Counted from the first letter of the stretch, positions 9,193 through 23,100 are shown. The stretch is 64,000 nucleotides of DNA from Oikopleura dioica (GCA_907165135.1 OU015569.1:3844001-3908000); one strand, 5' to 3'. Notes: generated from the letters alone by a model not told the origin. Made by a program: numbers and translations.

Positions 9193-12100
9193 ATGAGCGG
9201 GCAGTTCGGTGAGACCGACGAATCTGACCCAAAAGCGGTTGATCGTTTTTATGGCGAAATCGAGCGCTTTATCGAAATCAAGAGGCAGGACTATCTCTTC
9301 GAGGGGAGCATGCTCCCAAATGAGGGCGACGATCTGCTTCTCTTTACAAAAACTTATCGCAAGGTGACCTCGTTGAAGGCACAGTCCGGTTATAGCGCAG
9401 TTTCGTTAGAGGATTCTCTAGGCAAAATCATGGACGGAATTAACAAACTTGCGAAGGACGTAGATGAGTTTGAGAACATACCGGCTCCTTCTAAAATCGG
9501 TAATGAAATCATTCAGCCTCAAGAATACGTACAGTCTTTAGTAAAGAATCCTAGGCAATAGTTAAAATCTCTTAAGGCCAAAGAAATTCACATGAAGATA
9601 TTGTGTCGGGGAGTTCGGCTACAATCGCCAAGCCTGTAGTTGATGAACGAGGAGCGAACAATGAGCGTGACCCTGAGTTCCAAGACTCTCAGCAAAGCGA
9701 GAAAGCTTTCGAAGATGATTTCCCAAGTCAAGATGGACCATCCTCGCCTTCCAGAAACATAGGTTTCCGAGAAAGCGTCGGAGCAAGACTTTCCGAAATA
9801 GAGGATGCATCGCAACAAAGTGCTGCTTCTCAAAATAGCTTCCACAGCCAGCAGCCATCTACCTCAGCCCAAGCGATTGCTTCGTTGTCGCTCTGTAACG
9901 ATGAGTCCACCGATCAGAAAAAAGACAAAGCCAAGGACGCAGAGGATCAATTGTCTGATTTCTCTGACGATTTCGAGTTGTGGCAGGGGAAATCTTCTCG
10001 ATCTCCCAATCCAGATATTGTCAAAACTGAGCCAGATACTATCACAGTTGACTCACAGGCATCAACTCAGTTCAACCAGCATCAACCAGTTGATCCTAAT
10101 GCTCCAATAATTATCGACTCAGACGATGATGATGGATACGTCCCTCCAGTACGCCATAACAATGATGACGATTTTGATCTTCAAATAATCGACGATAGCG
10201 ATGGAGGAAGCGCGCCGAAGAAGAGAAAAAGTCCCCCAAAAACTCCAAGAGAAGCACAAGCCCTTTCAGACGAGGACGAAGATTTTCTTAGAATTCTCGA
10301 ATTATCGAAAATAACGGCTGCGGAAGATGAGCGACGTCGCTCAACCCAGAGTCGAGTTACTGCCTCATCACAGAATTCAACCCAGAGTCTGCCCAGCACA
10401 GGAAAGAAAAGAACGAAGACGAAAAATTTCAAGAGAACAGTGATCGAGAGCTCGGAAGATAGCGAGGACGAGGGACCTCGCCGAAAGTCGACTGGGAAGA
10501 GAAAGCGGAGTGCTCTTAGCTCAGACGACGAATCGCAGGGCGGCGAGGAAAACCGCGGCTCAGATTCTGGCAGCTCACTTGGAAGAATGCTGGAGGATCT
10601 CAACAGCGACGACGAGAATGAAAGGCGAACGAAGAAGAAGCCATCGCCGAAAAAGAAAGCGAGGGTAGATAGCAAGAAAAAGAACACCTTCGTGGAGAGT
10701 CAGACTGCTGCCGACGAAATTGATGACGAAGAAGATGAATTTGACAGTGAGATGGACGATTTTATCGATGACTCGGAATTGCCGGGTACCCAATCGACTG
10801 TTGGAGATTATGTCAGTGACGAAGATATGCCGAGTACATCTGCTCGTTCTTCAAAGGCATACTCAAATTCCGACAATAAAACTCATGTAGCCGAGCGAAA
10901 ACAAGATAGAAAACCGAGAGAATCTACTCTGAAGAAAGATCCGCCAAAGAAGCAGAAAGAAAATCCTCTGAAGAAGAAACATACTCCTTTGAAGAAGAAA
11001 GAACAAGACGGTGATCAGCCGTCAACCTCTCGAGAACACAAAATGCCAGTTCGCGGTACCAACCTGGATGAAACGTTCGATCCAGCTGAGCCAGATTCAG
11101 GAAGCAATCCGGATCCGTTTTGTAAAGGCCATCGAGAGGAGGATTTAACATTAGCTGGTACTGTTGAAGCAAGAATGGAGTTGCACCGGATCTTCGGCTA
11201 TGACTACTTTCGACCGAGTCAATGGAAGCTGATCGAAGGTGTCTGTAGAGGCCAGGATCAGCTTGGCATCATGGCAACTGGCTACGGGAAGAGTATTTGC
11301 TTTCAAATGCCAAGTATTCTTCTGAAGAAGTTAGTTCTCTGTATTTCGCCGCTCGTCTCGTTGATGAAAGATCAAACTATGAAGCTGGAATCCATCGGAG
11401 TACGTGCTGGTTTCTTTGGGAGTGGCGCAACGGCTGCCGATAAACGAAAAACGGAAATGCTTATTGATTCACAACAACTTCGCGTTTTATATGTGACTCC
11501 GGAGTACTGCATAAACAATATGCAGCGTATTATCGACATCCACCGCAGACATCCAATTTGCTGCTTCGCCATCGACGAATGTCACTGCGTCTCGTCATGG
11601 GGTCACGATTTCCGACTAGTCTATCGTGACCTCTACAGACTCCGTGAAATCGACCGCAGTATCCCCTATCTAGCGATGACGGCCACCGCGACACCAAGAA
11701 TCCGTGATGACATTATAAAAAATTTGCGCCTGATAAATGCAAGTTCCCCTCTCAACTTTTATATCTTAAATTTATTCTAGCCTCAACGAGTTGTCACATC
11801 ATTCGATCGATCCAACATAACTTTCTTCGTTCGACGAAAGACTGATGAAGACAACATCATTCCAGACCTAATGGCTACGGGTTGCTTAATCTCAGCAAGA
11901 ACAGACCGATATGGTGGCGTTTCAATCCACGACCCTAGCTCTAAGAATCTCCAGTTCGCTGCATGCACGATCATTTACGTGCGAAGAGTAGATCTCGTAG
12001 ATATGTTGTGCAAAGAGATTGGACGATACGTTGGCTATCATAGAATCGGGGGTTATCATGCGCGCCTTTCCGAGAAAAGAAAACGGGAGACGCATGAAGG

Positions 12101-14147
12101 GTTCCTTAATGGTAGCATTCATTGCGTTGTTGCCACGATAGCCTTCGGTATGGGAGTAGATAAGCCAAATGTCCGATACGTTATTCACAATGAGCCACCG
12201 GGACAACCAGAAGCATACTATCAGGTAATGCAAAATAATGCACATCTTCGATGTCTGCGATAGACTATGTTTTTTATAAATGAGTCTCAAAATTTGATTT
12301 TAGGAGGTCGGACGTGCTGGTCGTGATGGAAAACAAAGTGAAGCGCATCTCTTAGTTGGCAGAAGAGGCATCTCGAGTATGTTTTACCACGCTTCGCAAG
12401 AAACGGTTCCAGAACGAGCCGAACTTGCACGCTCAAATGCTCGAAAAATGAAACAGTACATTGAAACGAATGAATGCCGACGAATGCCCCTGCTCCTTCA
12501 TTTCGACGCTGAGGCGAAATCTATGGTACAAGGAACAGCAGACTGCTGTGACAACTGCAGAGGTGGCAATGCTCCGAACTTTTTCGCTCCTAAAGAAGAA
12601 GCGAATTTCGCTTCAGACTCCGCTATCGTCTTTGATGCCATCGATGATTTCAGTGATCCACAAGCTCGAACCATGCTTGTTCTTCATTTGAAGGGTTCAA
12701 AGGCGAAGGAACTGAAAGTTGAGATGCATTCAAGGCCTGCCTACGGCAAAGGTTAGTCAGACAATATTGGCCAAACATAAACCTGATATTTAGGAAAAGG
12801 AAAGAGCTCTGATTACTGGAAGGAGCTCATAAATGGACTCGTCGCTGGAGACTACTTGACTGAGAGCACGGTTTTTAATAGTATGGGTTATTCGGCTGCA
12901 AAGCTGAAGATCGCGCCAAAAGCCCGCTCGTGGTACGCGAAGTACAAGAAAGACCGCCTTGGAGTAGAGCTCCTTCTACCGCAAACTGAGAAGCTTGTTG
13001 GAGTTAGATCTGTGAACGCGCCTGGTCCCTCTAAACCTCAACCGGTCGAAGCCGCAAAGAAGGAGGAGCTTCCGGAAATGTGCGTCGCTGGTCTTGATCA
13101 CAAGTGGCTTGAACGCTTCATGAAGGGTCCTTGGCAAGAACCAGAGCCAGTCGTTATTAAAGACACAAAAGAGGAAAAGAATAAATGTAAAATACTTTTC
13201 AATGCCATTTTGGCACTGAATAAAAAACGAGGACTCCAAATGGCTTTGAAGCAAACCCATCTTCATGAACTATGCTTAAAACGACCGTCAAGTGTAGAGA
13301 GTTGCGCAGAGGTGCCAAACTTTACCCGAATCCTGGCTGACTCAGTTCCTGAAATACTAGCTAAGATCAAAGAATTCTGCGAGGAGCACACTCTGCGCAT
13401 GGATACTCATAGGCGATCGATGAGTGCCGCCCAGAAAAAAGCGAATGAGTTTCCCGAGCTTGAAGATAAGCAAAAGCCACTTGAAGGTAAGTTTTTTCCT
13501 CAATTAACGAAACTTTAAATATCAATTTAGGTCATGATAGAGATGTATCGGACTATCTCAAGGTCGGCATGACGCTGGCAGACATTCAAAGGGACCTTGG
13601 AATGTCAGACGCGGTGCTCGCGAAAAAACTTTGCACGATCGTAGACAGAGGATATCCAGTGGATGCGGCCAAGTTCCAGATCACGATCGATGATGTCAAA
13701 AAGCTGGAAAAACTAATTAGAGATAATGGAAACGTTATTCCGTCTTCTTCTAAAATCAGTGAGTCGTACCCTTTTTGAATGATACTATTCCCTTATTTAG
13801 GCAAATCGTTTCCGAACATCAACATCCACTTCATTCCATTGCTGATGACGTTTATGAAACTTCGCTTTGGACTTTGTTCCATTTTCCCTCAAGACACGCA
13901 AGACTACCAAAACAGACGGAGCCAAGCAATACGGGCTCACACTGCCGCTTCAAATCGCCCAGGACTCACGAATTACAATTCGACAATACCCCCTGCATTG
14001 TGAGTCTTCAACACAAGAAAAAAACTACCTATCAACGTTTCTTCCAGGCCCAAATTTTCTCCGATGAAGAAGCCGAAAAAAACCTACAGGAAAAAAGCTT
14101 CAGCTAGAGGACGAAGAAAATTTCGAAAAGTTCAAAAGAAATATTAA
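9193..14147 (+). CDS. WRN: WRN-type RecQ DNA helicase (helicase core, RQC, HRDC-like, C-terminal HTH and basic NLS-like tail)
   Basis: FGYDYFRPSQ, MATGYGKSICFQ (WRN-type motif I), DECH, TATA, VATIAFGMGVDK, YYQ|EVGRAGRDG, RQC zinc motif CRR...CCDNC. GC-AG intron 11739-11780. Last exon PKFSPMKKPKK...RKVQKKY* ends at 14147. Confidence 0.85.
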
Positions 14148-15053
14148 AAAAGAAATAACTGTAAATATGCATTCCAGAGCTGACCGTCCTTGTTCTACCC
14201 GCAAAACGAACCATTTCTCATAAACAGTAATTTCGTTTTATCTCACGTTTAAATTATAATTTAATTAAAAGCAGCGAGAAGTATTCCTTTTGCGCGTATA
14301 AAAATAGCTTGAAGTTCACAACATTCACTGCCTTCTGTTCTCGTTAATAAACTTGAGACAAAGGAAACCCGCCTTAAACTTGTGTACATTGATCGTCCAA
14401 AAGACTTTTGGTACAATGTGCACATGTATTGTTTGCATGGACTGCCTTAATCTTGCATTCATTCATCGTACTCCGCTATTTGTTCGACTAACTCGTGAGT
14501 CACATTTGTCTGCTGTTGATTTTGCATCCCGTTGATAAAAAGTCTGATTTAGACTGTCGAACTAGGATGGATTCCAATAAGAGCACTTTCATTAAACGCA
14601 GAGGAAATTGAAAGTTATAATTTAAAACACCACATTCAACGAGCAATTGTAAGTTTGATTTGTCCCTATTTCGAGTTCGGATACATTAAAATTAGAAAGT
14701 CGACATTTATGATTGCCAAAAGCGCTGTAATGAAACCTTTAATTAGCATTTGCCAATGAAAGAGATTAATTTGCGATCTGAGGGTGATAAACTTCTCAAA
14801 GGCTAGCGCGTTTTTCAACTTCAATAGTAAAACGTTAAGCGTGAATAAGGCCCGCGAGACAATAGATTCCCTGCGGGGAAGGAGAGCAGGGATATTTAGG
14901 CTGAACCCTTTTACTCAGATTTTTCGTCCCAAGAGAAATTAATGCTCTTTTCCGCGGCCGCTCAAGACTTTATTTTATCAAGGTTATCATCTTTTGTCTT
15001 CAGTTTATAAAATATTCTTGGTAGTAAATCAGTTTTAAGTTTCAAACAAAGCA

Positions 15054-16273
15054 ATGTTCGCAACGAAAAGCACTGAATTCAAAATCCTCGGCGGCGGTCT
15101 TCGCCGTCCAGGCAAAGTTCTTCAACAAAGTTGGGATAAAAATTGGTATCCCGTTTGCGACAACTTCGAAGATGAAGAAAGCCGTAATCTATTCGGCGAT
15201 ATGGTTTGCCAACAAATTGGTTTCGCAAAAGAACTCTCGAAGCCTGCCAGAGAGTTTGAAAAAGATAGTTGTCCGCAATGCTGGAGGGACTTCGACATCG
15301 TTGGTATTTCATGTTCGAACGACGGGAATGTAAAAGTAATACAACAATTATATGGCTTTATGAGTGAGTTAATCAATTCAGTGCGATTATAAATATAGTC
15401 ATTTCTCCGGCTCCGGCACGTGCATAAAGGGCAAGTCGGATTTGTACATTCAATGCAAGAAGCCGCTATCGCTAAATGGTGAGTGGACGCCCTGGTCAGA
15501 ATGGACTTACTGCGACGAAACGGGCAGCGACTACTTCAAGCAACGAAGCAGAACTTGCTACGACGATGGAAAACGCGCAATATGTCCAGAAGGAGAAAGC
15601 GACTTCGAATTAAAACCAGGTGAGACTCTCCTGCCTGTTTCCAAAAGAAAACATGACTTAGACTGTCTCTGCGAAAAAGCAAACGAAATCGCAGACTACA
15701 ACAAAGATTATTACTCGGATAGTAGTTCCTCTTCTTACGACTATAGTTACGGGTCTCCTTCCGGCTCAAGCGATATAAAGGCTTCTTCTCCTGACGACAT
15801 GTCATTGTACTCGTCCAGCTATGACTACTACCGCCGTAAGCGACGCGCTGCTTCAGCTCCATTTGTAAAGAGTGGATATGCAATCAAATTTTCCTCTCGT
15901 AATTTTACCTGTCAGAACGAATCAGTTGTGTATCCAATCGCAGCCTTCATTTTGTAAAAATTACAACTTCCAAAACCTCTATTCTTCAAAAGCAGATCAA
16001 TCTTCCGAATCTCCGCCCTTCGTCGTCCGCAAGCCAGATGCAGATATTTTCACTCAGAAAACGCCAATCCTCGAGTCGGATAGCGATCCTCCTGTTGTCA
16101 CAGTTGAGCTCTCTGACTCAGTCACATTCCCTGCTTTCTCAGATTCGAAGCCTGAGACAGCCGCTTTTGGCAGCCAGACTATGATATTAATCGGTGTTGC
16201 CGTGCTTGGCTGCTTGATTCTTCTCGTGATTGCTTTAGTCAAACGAAGAAAGACATCTAACAACAGGAAATGA
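15054..16273 (+). CDS. Type I membrane protein with SRCR-like and TSP1 domains (5' end uncertain; possible extra exon to 16441)
   Basis: WYPVCD...DMVCQQIGF (SRCR-like), GEWTPWSEWTYC...QRSRTC (TSP1), RRKRR site, hydrophobic MILIGVAVLGCLILLVIALV followed by KRRK stop-transfer. Confidence 0.7.
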
Positions 16274-17011
16274 TAACGAATAAAACCGTCGTCTTATTTA
16301 GTTTTTAATTAACCAGAATTCACTTACCAGAGTCTTGTTAAACTCGTTTATCTATCCCAAAGCAGTGGAAACACACTCGACGACGAAAGAAAGGTGCCTG
16401 AATCGATTGGGCTTATACAGCCCAAAACTGCTGCGCACTAAACAACAACCCAAAGCCAAATAATCCCTGACTGTCCTAATTCTCATTCTATTCAAGTTCC
16501 TTCCAAAGCAAAACTGATCTTTAATCTCCGCGCCTTCATAATTGAACCTCTTATAAACAGATTCCGAAATAAATCAAGCTAATTCAAAAAGCCACTTCCA
16601 TAATTTTCGTCATCCGAAAATGATGTTGTGCAACAAGTCGTGTTTGCTTTTAGGGTTTTATTTTTGATCAAACGCACAGGTGAAAATTTAAAATCAGGAT
16701 AGATCTATCGACAAAAATGTAGATTTTGGAAGAATAAGGGGTTGAATTTTACGGAAGGCATTGAATTTGTGTGGCAGTTTTGTCTATTTTTGAAGAAGTG
16801 AATAAATATACATGTTTGATAGAAACGAACGAATAGAAAGGAATTTTCGAAAACTAAAATTAATAAAAATGAAAACAGAATGAAGAGAATAACTGCGGTT
16901 TATTGGTAGTGCGTGGGGTAGATTGTTGAAAACTGGGGGAAGATTTGAGACTGATTTTGGATGAAAAGTACTAATGTTAATGAACCCTTTTTTGGAAAAT
17001 AATATAAGTGT

Positions 17012-18805
17012 TCAACTTTTTATCCATAACTGAGAATGCGAAAAGTGTGGACCTAGAAGAGCCATGGCAGGGTTCATCATCTGGTAAGCAGCAATAGGTT
17101 CCTGCATCGATGCTTGCGGTGTGGATGTGCTCGGGCCGGCGTCTTTTTCTGTTCATGGTGGTAAAAAAACGATTTTTTATTAATAAAAAATCTTATCGCC
17201 GCTTTATTTTACCGCCCTTGAGATAAATTTGAGCTTTCACCGACTTCTACAAAGTTTATTTTAGTCGGACCAACTAAAAATATCACTACCTGATCCGATT
17301 TCTGACGCGGTGCGCTGTCTCTTCCTTCCAGCGTTGAGCCGACGGTTTCGTGTTTGAATTCCGTCTTTTTTCATTGTGATCGGCCTGTTCACCTTGAAAG
17401 AACAACGACTAGCTATACATCGTTAATTAAATCGAATACCCCGTGAAGTTTTTGGTAAAGGCCACATGCGTTGCAAACAGCGTCGCCGCTAGTGGTTCGC
17501 CGCCAGAGAGTGGTCTGGGTCGTATTGCAGTTGGTGCACTTGGCACCTGTTCGTTTACTCGTCGTCTACAATTTCACTTAACTTTATACATCAAAATCAA
17601 CTTACAACTCGTTTCTTCGGCTTGATCAATGGTCTGTTGCAGCCATTGACCTTGTGGTAGAGACCGCAAGCGTTGCATAGGTAGTTTCCGTTCGTGTCGC
17701 GGCGCCATAAAGGCGTTGTCGTTGCAGCGCAGTTCACGCACTGCCTTTTCGCTACGTCAATATCGGTAACGGTTTTTTTGTTTTTGAGGCGCATATTTAT
17801 CATTCAAGACTTACGATGCTCAGTGGTTTTTCTGCGCTTGGCAGGTTGAGTAATTTGCGAGTCCATTTGTGGATACTCTCGCATCGGAGGGTAATGCGGA
17901 AAGTTGATAGCGTTGCTGATATTTTGAGGAGTCAAGCTCTGGTGATCGATGTTTTGAATGTGGGAGGAAGGTACTGGGTGCAAGTGGATTTGCGAAGTAG
18001 ATGCTCTGTCGGCGGAAGAAGAACCTGGCGTCGATTCGACGAAGCCAGCAGGATGGAGGTGGAAGTTGAAGCCGGGCGACTGCTCGAATCGAGCCACGTG
18101 AGCCATCTGCGAGGCATCGGTGAAGTTACAGTAGTGGCTCAACGGAAGGGTAAAGTGTGATTGTTCGAATGTTACTGTCTTTCATATGCTAATAACTCGT
18201 TTCGAGTGCAATGTGTAAACTAAACGATTGTTTCTGTGAAGCAATTCCTGAGGTGGGTTGCTGTTTTGTGGGTTCCATATTTCTGTGACTTGTTCAGTCT
18301 TGACCGATTCAGATGGCTCAGGCTGCGATGGAGCTTGGAGATTCTGGACGGCGGGCGGATTGGGAGAGGAAGTGGCCAGATGGTAAGCGCCTTCTTGAGG
18401 AGGAGAGGCAGGATCGAGATCGAGCTGCGACGTTGAGGGAATACGATTTCTATCAACAGATTGAACTGAGCTGATCGGTGATCCCATGGAGATCCCACTA
18501 TCGTGATGACCGACATTCACTTGGCCAGATTGGAGAAGTGAAGAAGCGGGAATCATCGAGGGGCCAGCACTGTCGGCTGGCTCCACCTTCGTCCATGCTT
18601 GCGGCCAGATCGGTAGTTGGGAAGACTCTGAATCTTTCAAGTAGTTGCGAAGAGAATATTTCAAGGTTCTTCTGTATAAGAGATCTTTCTTACCCACGGG
18701 TTGAAGCATAACAATCGGCGTTGCTGGGTAAATGTTATGGACTGCGGGTTCTTCCGTTTTTACTAGCTCAGCCATGGACGAGCTCGGAACGTTGTTCTCT
18801 TCCAT
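17012..18805 (-). CDS. GATA1/2/3: GATA1/2/3-class zinc-finger transcription factor
   Basis: Two CX2C-X17-CX2C fingers: [25 protein letters not shown] and [25 protein letters not shown]. Basic tail [16 protein letters not shown] resembles the GATA1/2/3 class. GT-AG exon chain ends at TGA 17012-17014; start codon uncertain. Confidence 0.9.
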
Positions 18806-20187
18806 GATTTTTTCGTCTTCACGGAAAATCTCTTTTTTTCTCTTTTTCTCTGCGTTAGGAGTGGGTTCTCTAGTGAGGAAAGCGTTTTTGAGTTGCGAAT
18901 GAGGCGAAAGGCGCGTAAAAAACGGCTGATAGCCGCTGGATCGAAAAAATAACTTTTGCCAACGGAAAAATCAAAGAGCACTCCAATAACACCGACTCCT
19001 CTTTTCAAGTCCATATTTTCGAAGTGATAAACTTGCTCAGAATCGCGCAAGTCGACTAACGCACTAAAGAATTTCACGAGTCGAAGATCAAGAACTTCTA
19101 TATCAACCGACTGGTATCAAAAGCTCTCGCGCTCGAGGATTTTATTATCCCTGCGGCGTTTTCCTTTAAAAAAACTCTGGACATGAAAGGATCATTTATT
19201 CTCCACTCATGCACTCACATGATCATTTTTAGAAAATCTGAAGTAATTTCTTTATCACAGGAAGTCACTAGCCAATACCGGACGAGGAAGGGAAAATATG
19301 GTCACAGGAAATTCATGGCATCAGTCGTAGAACAATTCTGCTAACGAAAATGCAATTATGCATTTCCTGGTGACAGTGATTACTTGCGGTCTGTTTTTTC
19401 ATGCTTCCTCTATAAATAGAGCATCCCACGGCAAGATGTGATGCAAACAATGTAATATTACTTATCTAAGACATGAAATATTTATTCCATACAAGTTTAC
19501 AAAATGCGCAAATTAATAATGGATTTGGAATTGCCCGAAGTGTGAGCAAAATATTCGTAATTACAATTAAAAGACTAATTCTAATTAAAAATATTTTCAT
19601 CATTGCTTTTACGTTTTTGATTTAACAGCACATGAAGCTCCAACGAGAAAAAATATACAACAAACCAGGGCGGAAAATATGTTACAAAAGTGACGAAAAA
19701 TGAAAGGTAGATTTCAGAGCTCACGAAAAGAATTTATGGCAAAATAAAGTTGTGCAAATCGAATGGAAAGAAAATGGGCAAAAACGGCTCTTTTTACGAA
19801 AATTGGCTAATATGTACAATTAATGGGGCGCGATGATGAAAAATATTATCGCGCGTTTTGTCGGACATTTTTAGAAAGTATTTTCTCGACTTATTATTTA
19901 CAGGTTTTTCCGTTCCGGCTATACGGCTAGTACGATATCAATACTGAAGGCAAAAGAAAAGCTTGGAATAGAGAGTATTTGGTTAGAAACGTAACGATGA
20001 GAATCGAAATCATCGATGAGGCCTTCGGCCCGTTAGTAGATTTAGGAAAATAGGTAGCAAATCCATTAAAAATTGCGATCTTAAGTGTTTAACAGTAAAT
20101 TGAGATTGAAGATTTTTTAGCCCAGGTCGAGCTCAACCGGTTGTTTTTTTGAGGGTCGTTGCGTCGTCAGTAGATTGATTTTTCTTT

Positions 20188-23100
20188 CTATGGATTGTTC
20201 TGTATCGTGTCATGAATCCAACTCAAGTAGTTGGATGTTCGGGTGTACACGCCAGGCGAGTCGACTTCCGCACATTCGTAGCCCCAAGAAATGATTCCGG
20301 GGAGATAAAATGAGCCATCTAAATAAGTTTGTTGAGGTGACCTTGACATTGTCAGTCTATGCTTATCCTACCTTCTCGCTGACACATGAGCGGTCCTCCA
20401 GAGTCGCCGTTGCAGGCGTCCACGCCGCCTTCCTTGAAGCCAGCGCAGATCATGTCTTCCGAAATACTCGAATAATCTTTTTTTCGTCGGCATTCCTCAT
20501 TTGAAATGATCGGAATCTCTGCATGTTGCAAGAACTCTGGCTGATCTCCTTGTCGTGCTAGAATGGGCCGTTCAATCACTGCTGTTGAGTAACGACTTAC
20601 TGTGAATTCCCCAGCCGGCGATGGTGCATTTGTCTCCTGGCTTCGGCGAGTCGAAGCGATTTTCTGGCAAGCAGATGAAGTTAATATCGCGAGTTGGCTA
20701 TTTCGGGGTTCACGGAGAAATGATAATTACTAATGCCGCATCTGGAGCGAATTAGTCGACAAATATTTAGAGTAATGAATCGGACGCGGGAAAAAACGCT
20801 AAAAATGGGGAGCGCTGATTTTGTCAATGATCAACCCAGGGTCTGTAGAATGCTGTCGAGCTTTAGCATCATCAAATCATTTCTCGGAATATCGTCCGAG
20901 TGGTAGGAGTAGTCATGCATCACAGCCAAAGTAACGCCGATCCCAGGAGCCAGTTCCCACTGCGAATCTTCTCCGGCCACAACTTTCCAACTTTCTCCTG
21001 GCGACGTGTTGTTTTTGATGTTCTTTTCGTAACTTAATCAATTCTAGTAAGTGACCATTTCTTGGAGCAACGTAGTTTTCAGTATTGATGATACGTGTAC
21101 TTTGATACTATAAATTTCGAGGTCGCAAAAAGTTCAAGTTGGGCATAAACACGAGAATAAGATTTTACTGCTTCATGGTTATGGGAAATTCGTTTTCACT
21201 ATTCTACGCACGTTTAAACTAAGAGTGCTGTGAATAGACCTAGATATAGACCAACATAATTCTCTTGTCATCTCCAAACAAGGAGTCGCTAATGCAATAA
21301 GCTTTAAATTGAGGACTATTATCTAATTCAAAGAAGAACATCTAATCCTTTAAAAATATAAAACGAGTTATTATCGATTAATACTGCCAAACTCGCATAA
21401 TAATATAAGGCTTACCCGCAATGAGCAGCTGTGAGTACCCATTGTGGCGCGATAAGGACTCCAGCACAAGTGTACTTCCAGTTAACTTATCGGGAGATTG
21501 AAACGGTCACTTAATCATAATTTCCCTTATCTGACCTTCTATCGGCACTTTCTAGTGCAAGAGGACTTCAAGAGTTAGAAATGCTAAACTTTTCCGCTGG
21601 AAAAAAACTATGAATGAGCTTAAGAACGTTTTCTAGAGCCATTAATGAAGGCAAATACATCCTCTTTGTAACTTTGCAAGACCACGAAAAATTAAACACG
21701 CGCCAATTTCCGTTTCATTATTTAATCCGGCCGGTTGCACTTGTAAAATTCTTCAGAAGAGCTCAATTCTTGACCTCGCTCAATCAAGCACCCGTCCCTT
21801 TAATCATCACTACCCAAGGAAATTGCTGTTGGCTCATTACACGTTGGCCACCGATGATTCTAGTGTCCGGTTCGTCGTCTTTTGTGTCAGGCCCCAGTTC
21901 GGACCCATCGTCTTCTGTGATTCGAATTTTGACCTTATTTGCGTCTTCTTGGACCTTGTTGATCCGACCTGCTTCAAGAATGTCGATCAAATGATCAAGC
22001 GAAATGTCGGATAACTTTCCGCTGCGCTGGGCTAGAGCTCTTTCATTTTTCTCGGCTTTCTCGAAAAGCGGGGCTCTTGAAATGAGTGGAATATACGGGG
22101 TTGTCCGAGTCGGAACTGCTCGTCGGGCCCGGTGTTGATAGTTACTCCACATATTGATGAATATGTCGTTTGTCGTCGGCATCGGAGCGTCTCGAGACCA
22201 AGAAGACCTGCCACAGCTCCAGTTTGATTGAATCTCACATTTTTTACCAGCATATCGTCCAGTGCACACACATTCGGTCTTCTGTGGCCAGCCTAGATTA
22301 GTTTTGCATAGATTTACCCTTGGACACTTTTTAGTTGTTTTGAGAAAACAGAAATGAATTTCCTTAGGTAATAATGAGACACGCTACAAACAAAGTCCCG
22401 CTGTAGTAAAAATACTTGCGCGTAAAGTAGAGTTATCAAATAGGGAGGGTACTAATAGAACTAACCTTTTTGTATGCAGCGGCCTCCGTTTTGACAGGTG
22501 TTTTGGGATACATCGCAGTCGTTGTAATAGCTTGCGGGGCTCATTTTATTATTCAACTCTACATTTATTCGAGGCCGCTCTTTAATCAAATTTGAACATT
22601 TAATATAACAGATAAAGCTGAAATTTAGAAAGTGCGTTCTATTCAAGAGCCCAATCAAAGTCCCTGCGTTCCATCGTTCGGATTGTAACAGCATCCCAGT
22701 TGATCACAGTCGTCCTTTGTGGTTACATTCATTCCACATTCTATTGGCTCCTGAGGCAACTTGCACAGTAGATCAGGAAGCTCAGGAGATATCCTTGTGC
22801 TCGGCGAATTGTTTTCAGAATACTCAGCTATAGTATCGTCCCCTGTTGATTTTTCTTGTTTGTTGTCTTCGCGAAGAGTTCGGACATTTAAATTCATGAT
22901 TAGGGACTTATTAGTGTTCTTGACATTCGAATTAAAACTCTGTCTTTCGCCGGTGGATCGGCAATCTTGACGCAGGAAGGCAGCTCTGAATCCCAAACTT
23001 GTCCATTCTGGCAGTAGCGCATATTGCGCCCTTCTAGCCGGTATCCTTTGCCACACGAATATTTACAAGAGTACGAGTCGAAGGGATACTGGGTCGACAC

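Noticed and set aside
18900-19500. Several WGATAR sites upstream of the GATA gene (autoregulation?)
   Set aside because: About four sites in 600 nt of AT-rich DNA is not clearly above expectation without conservation data.
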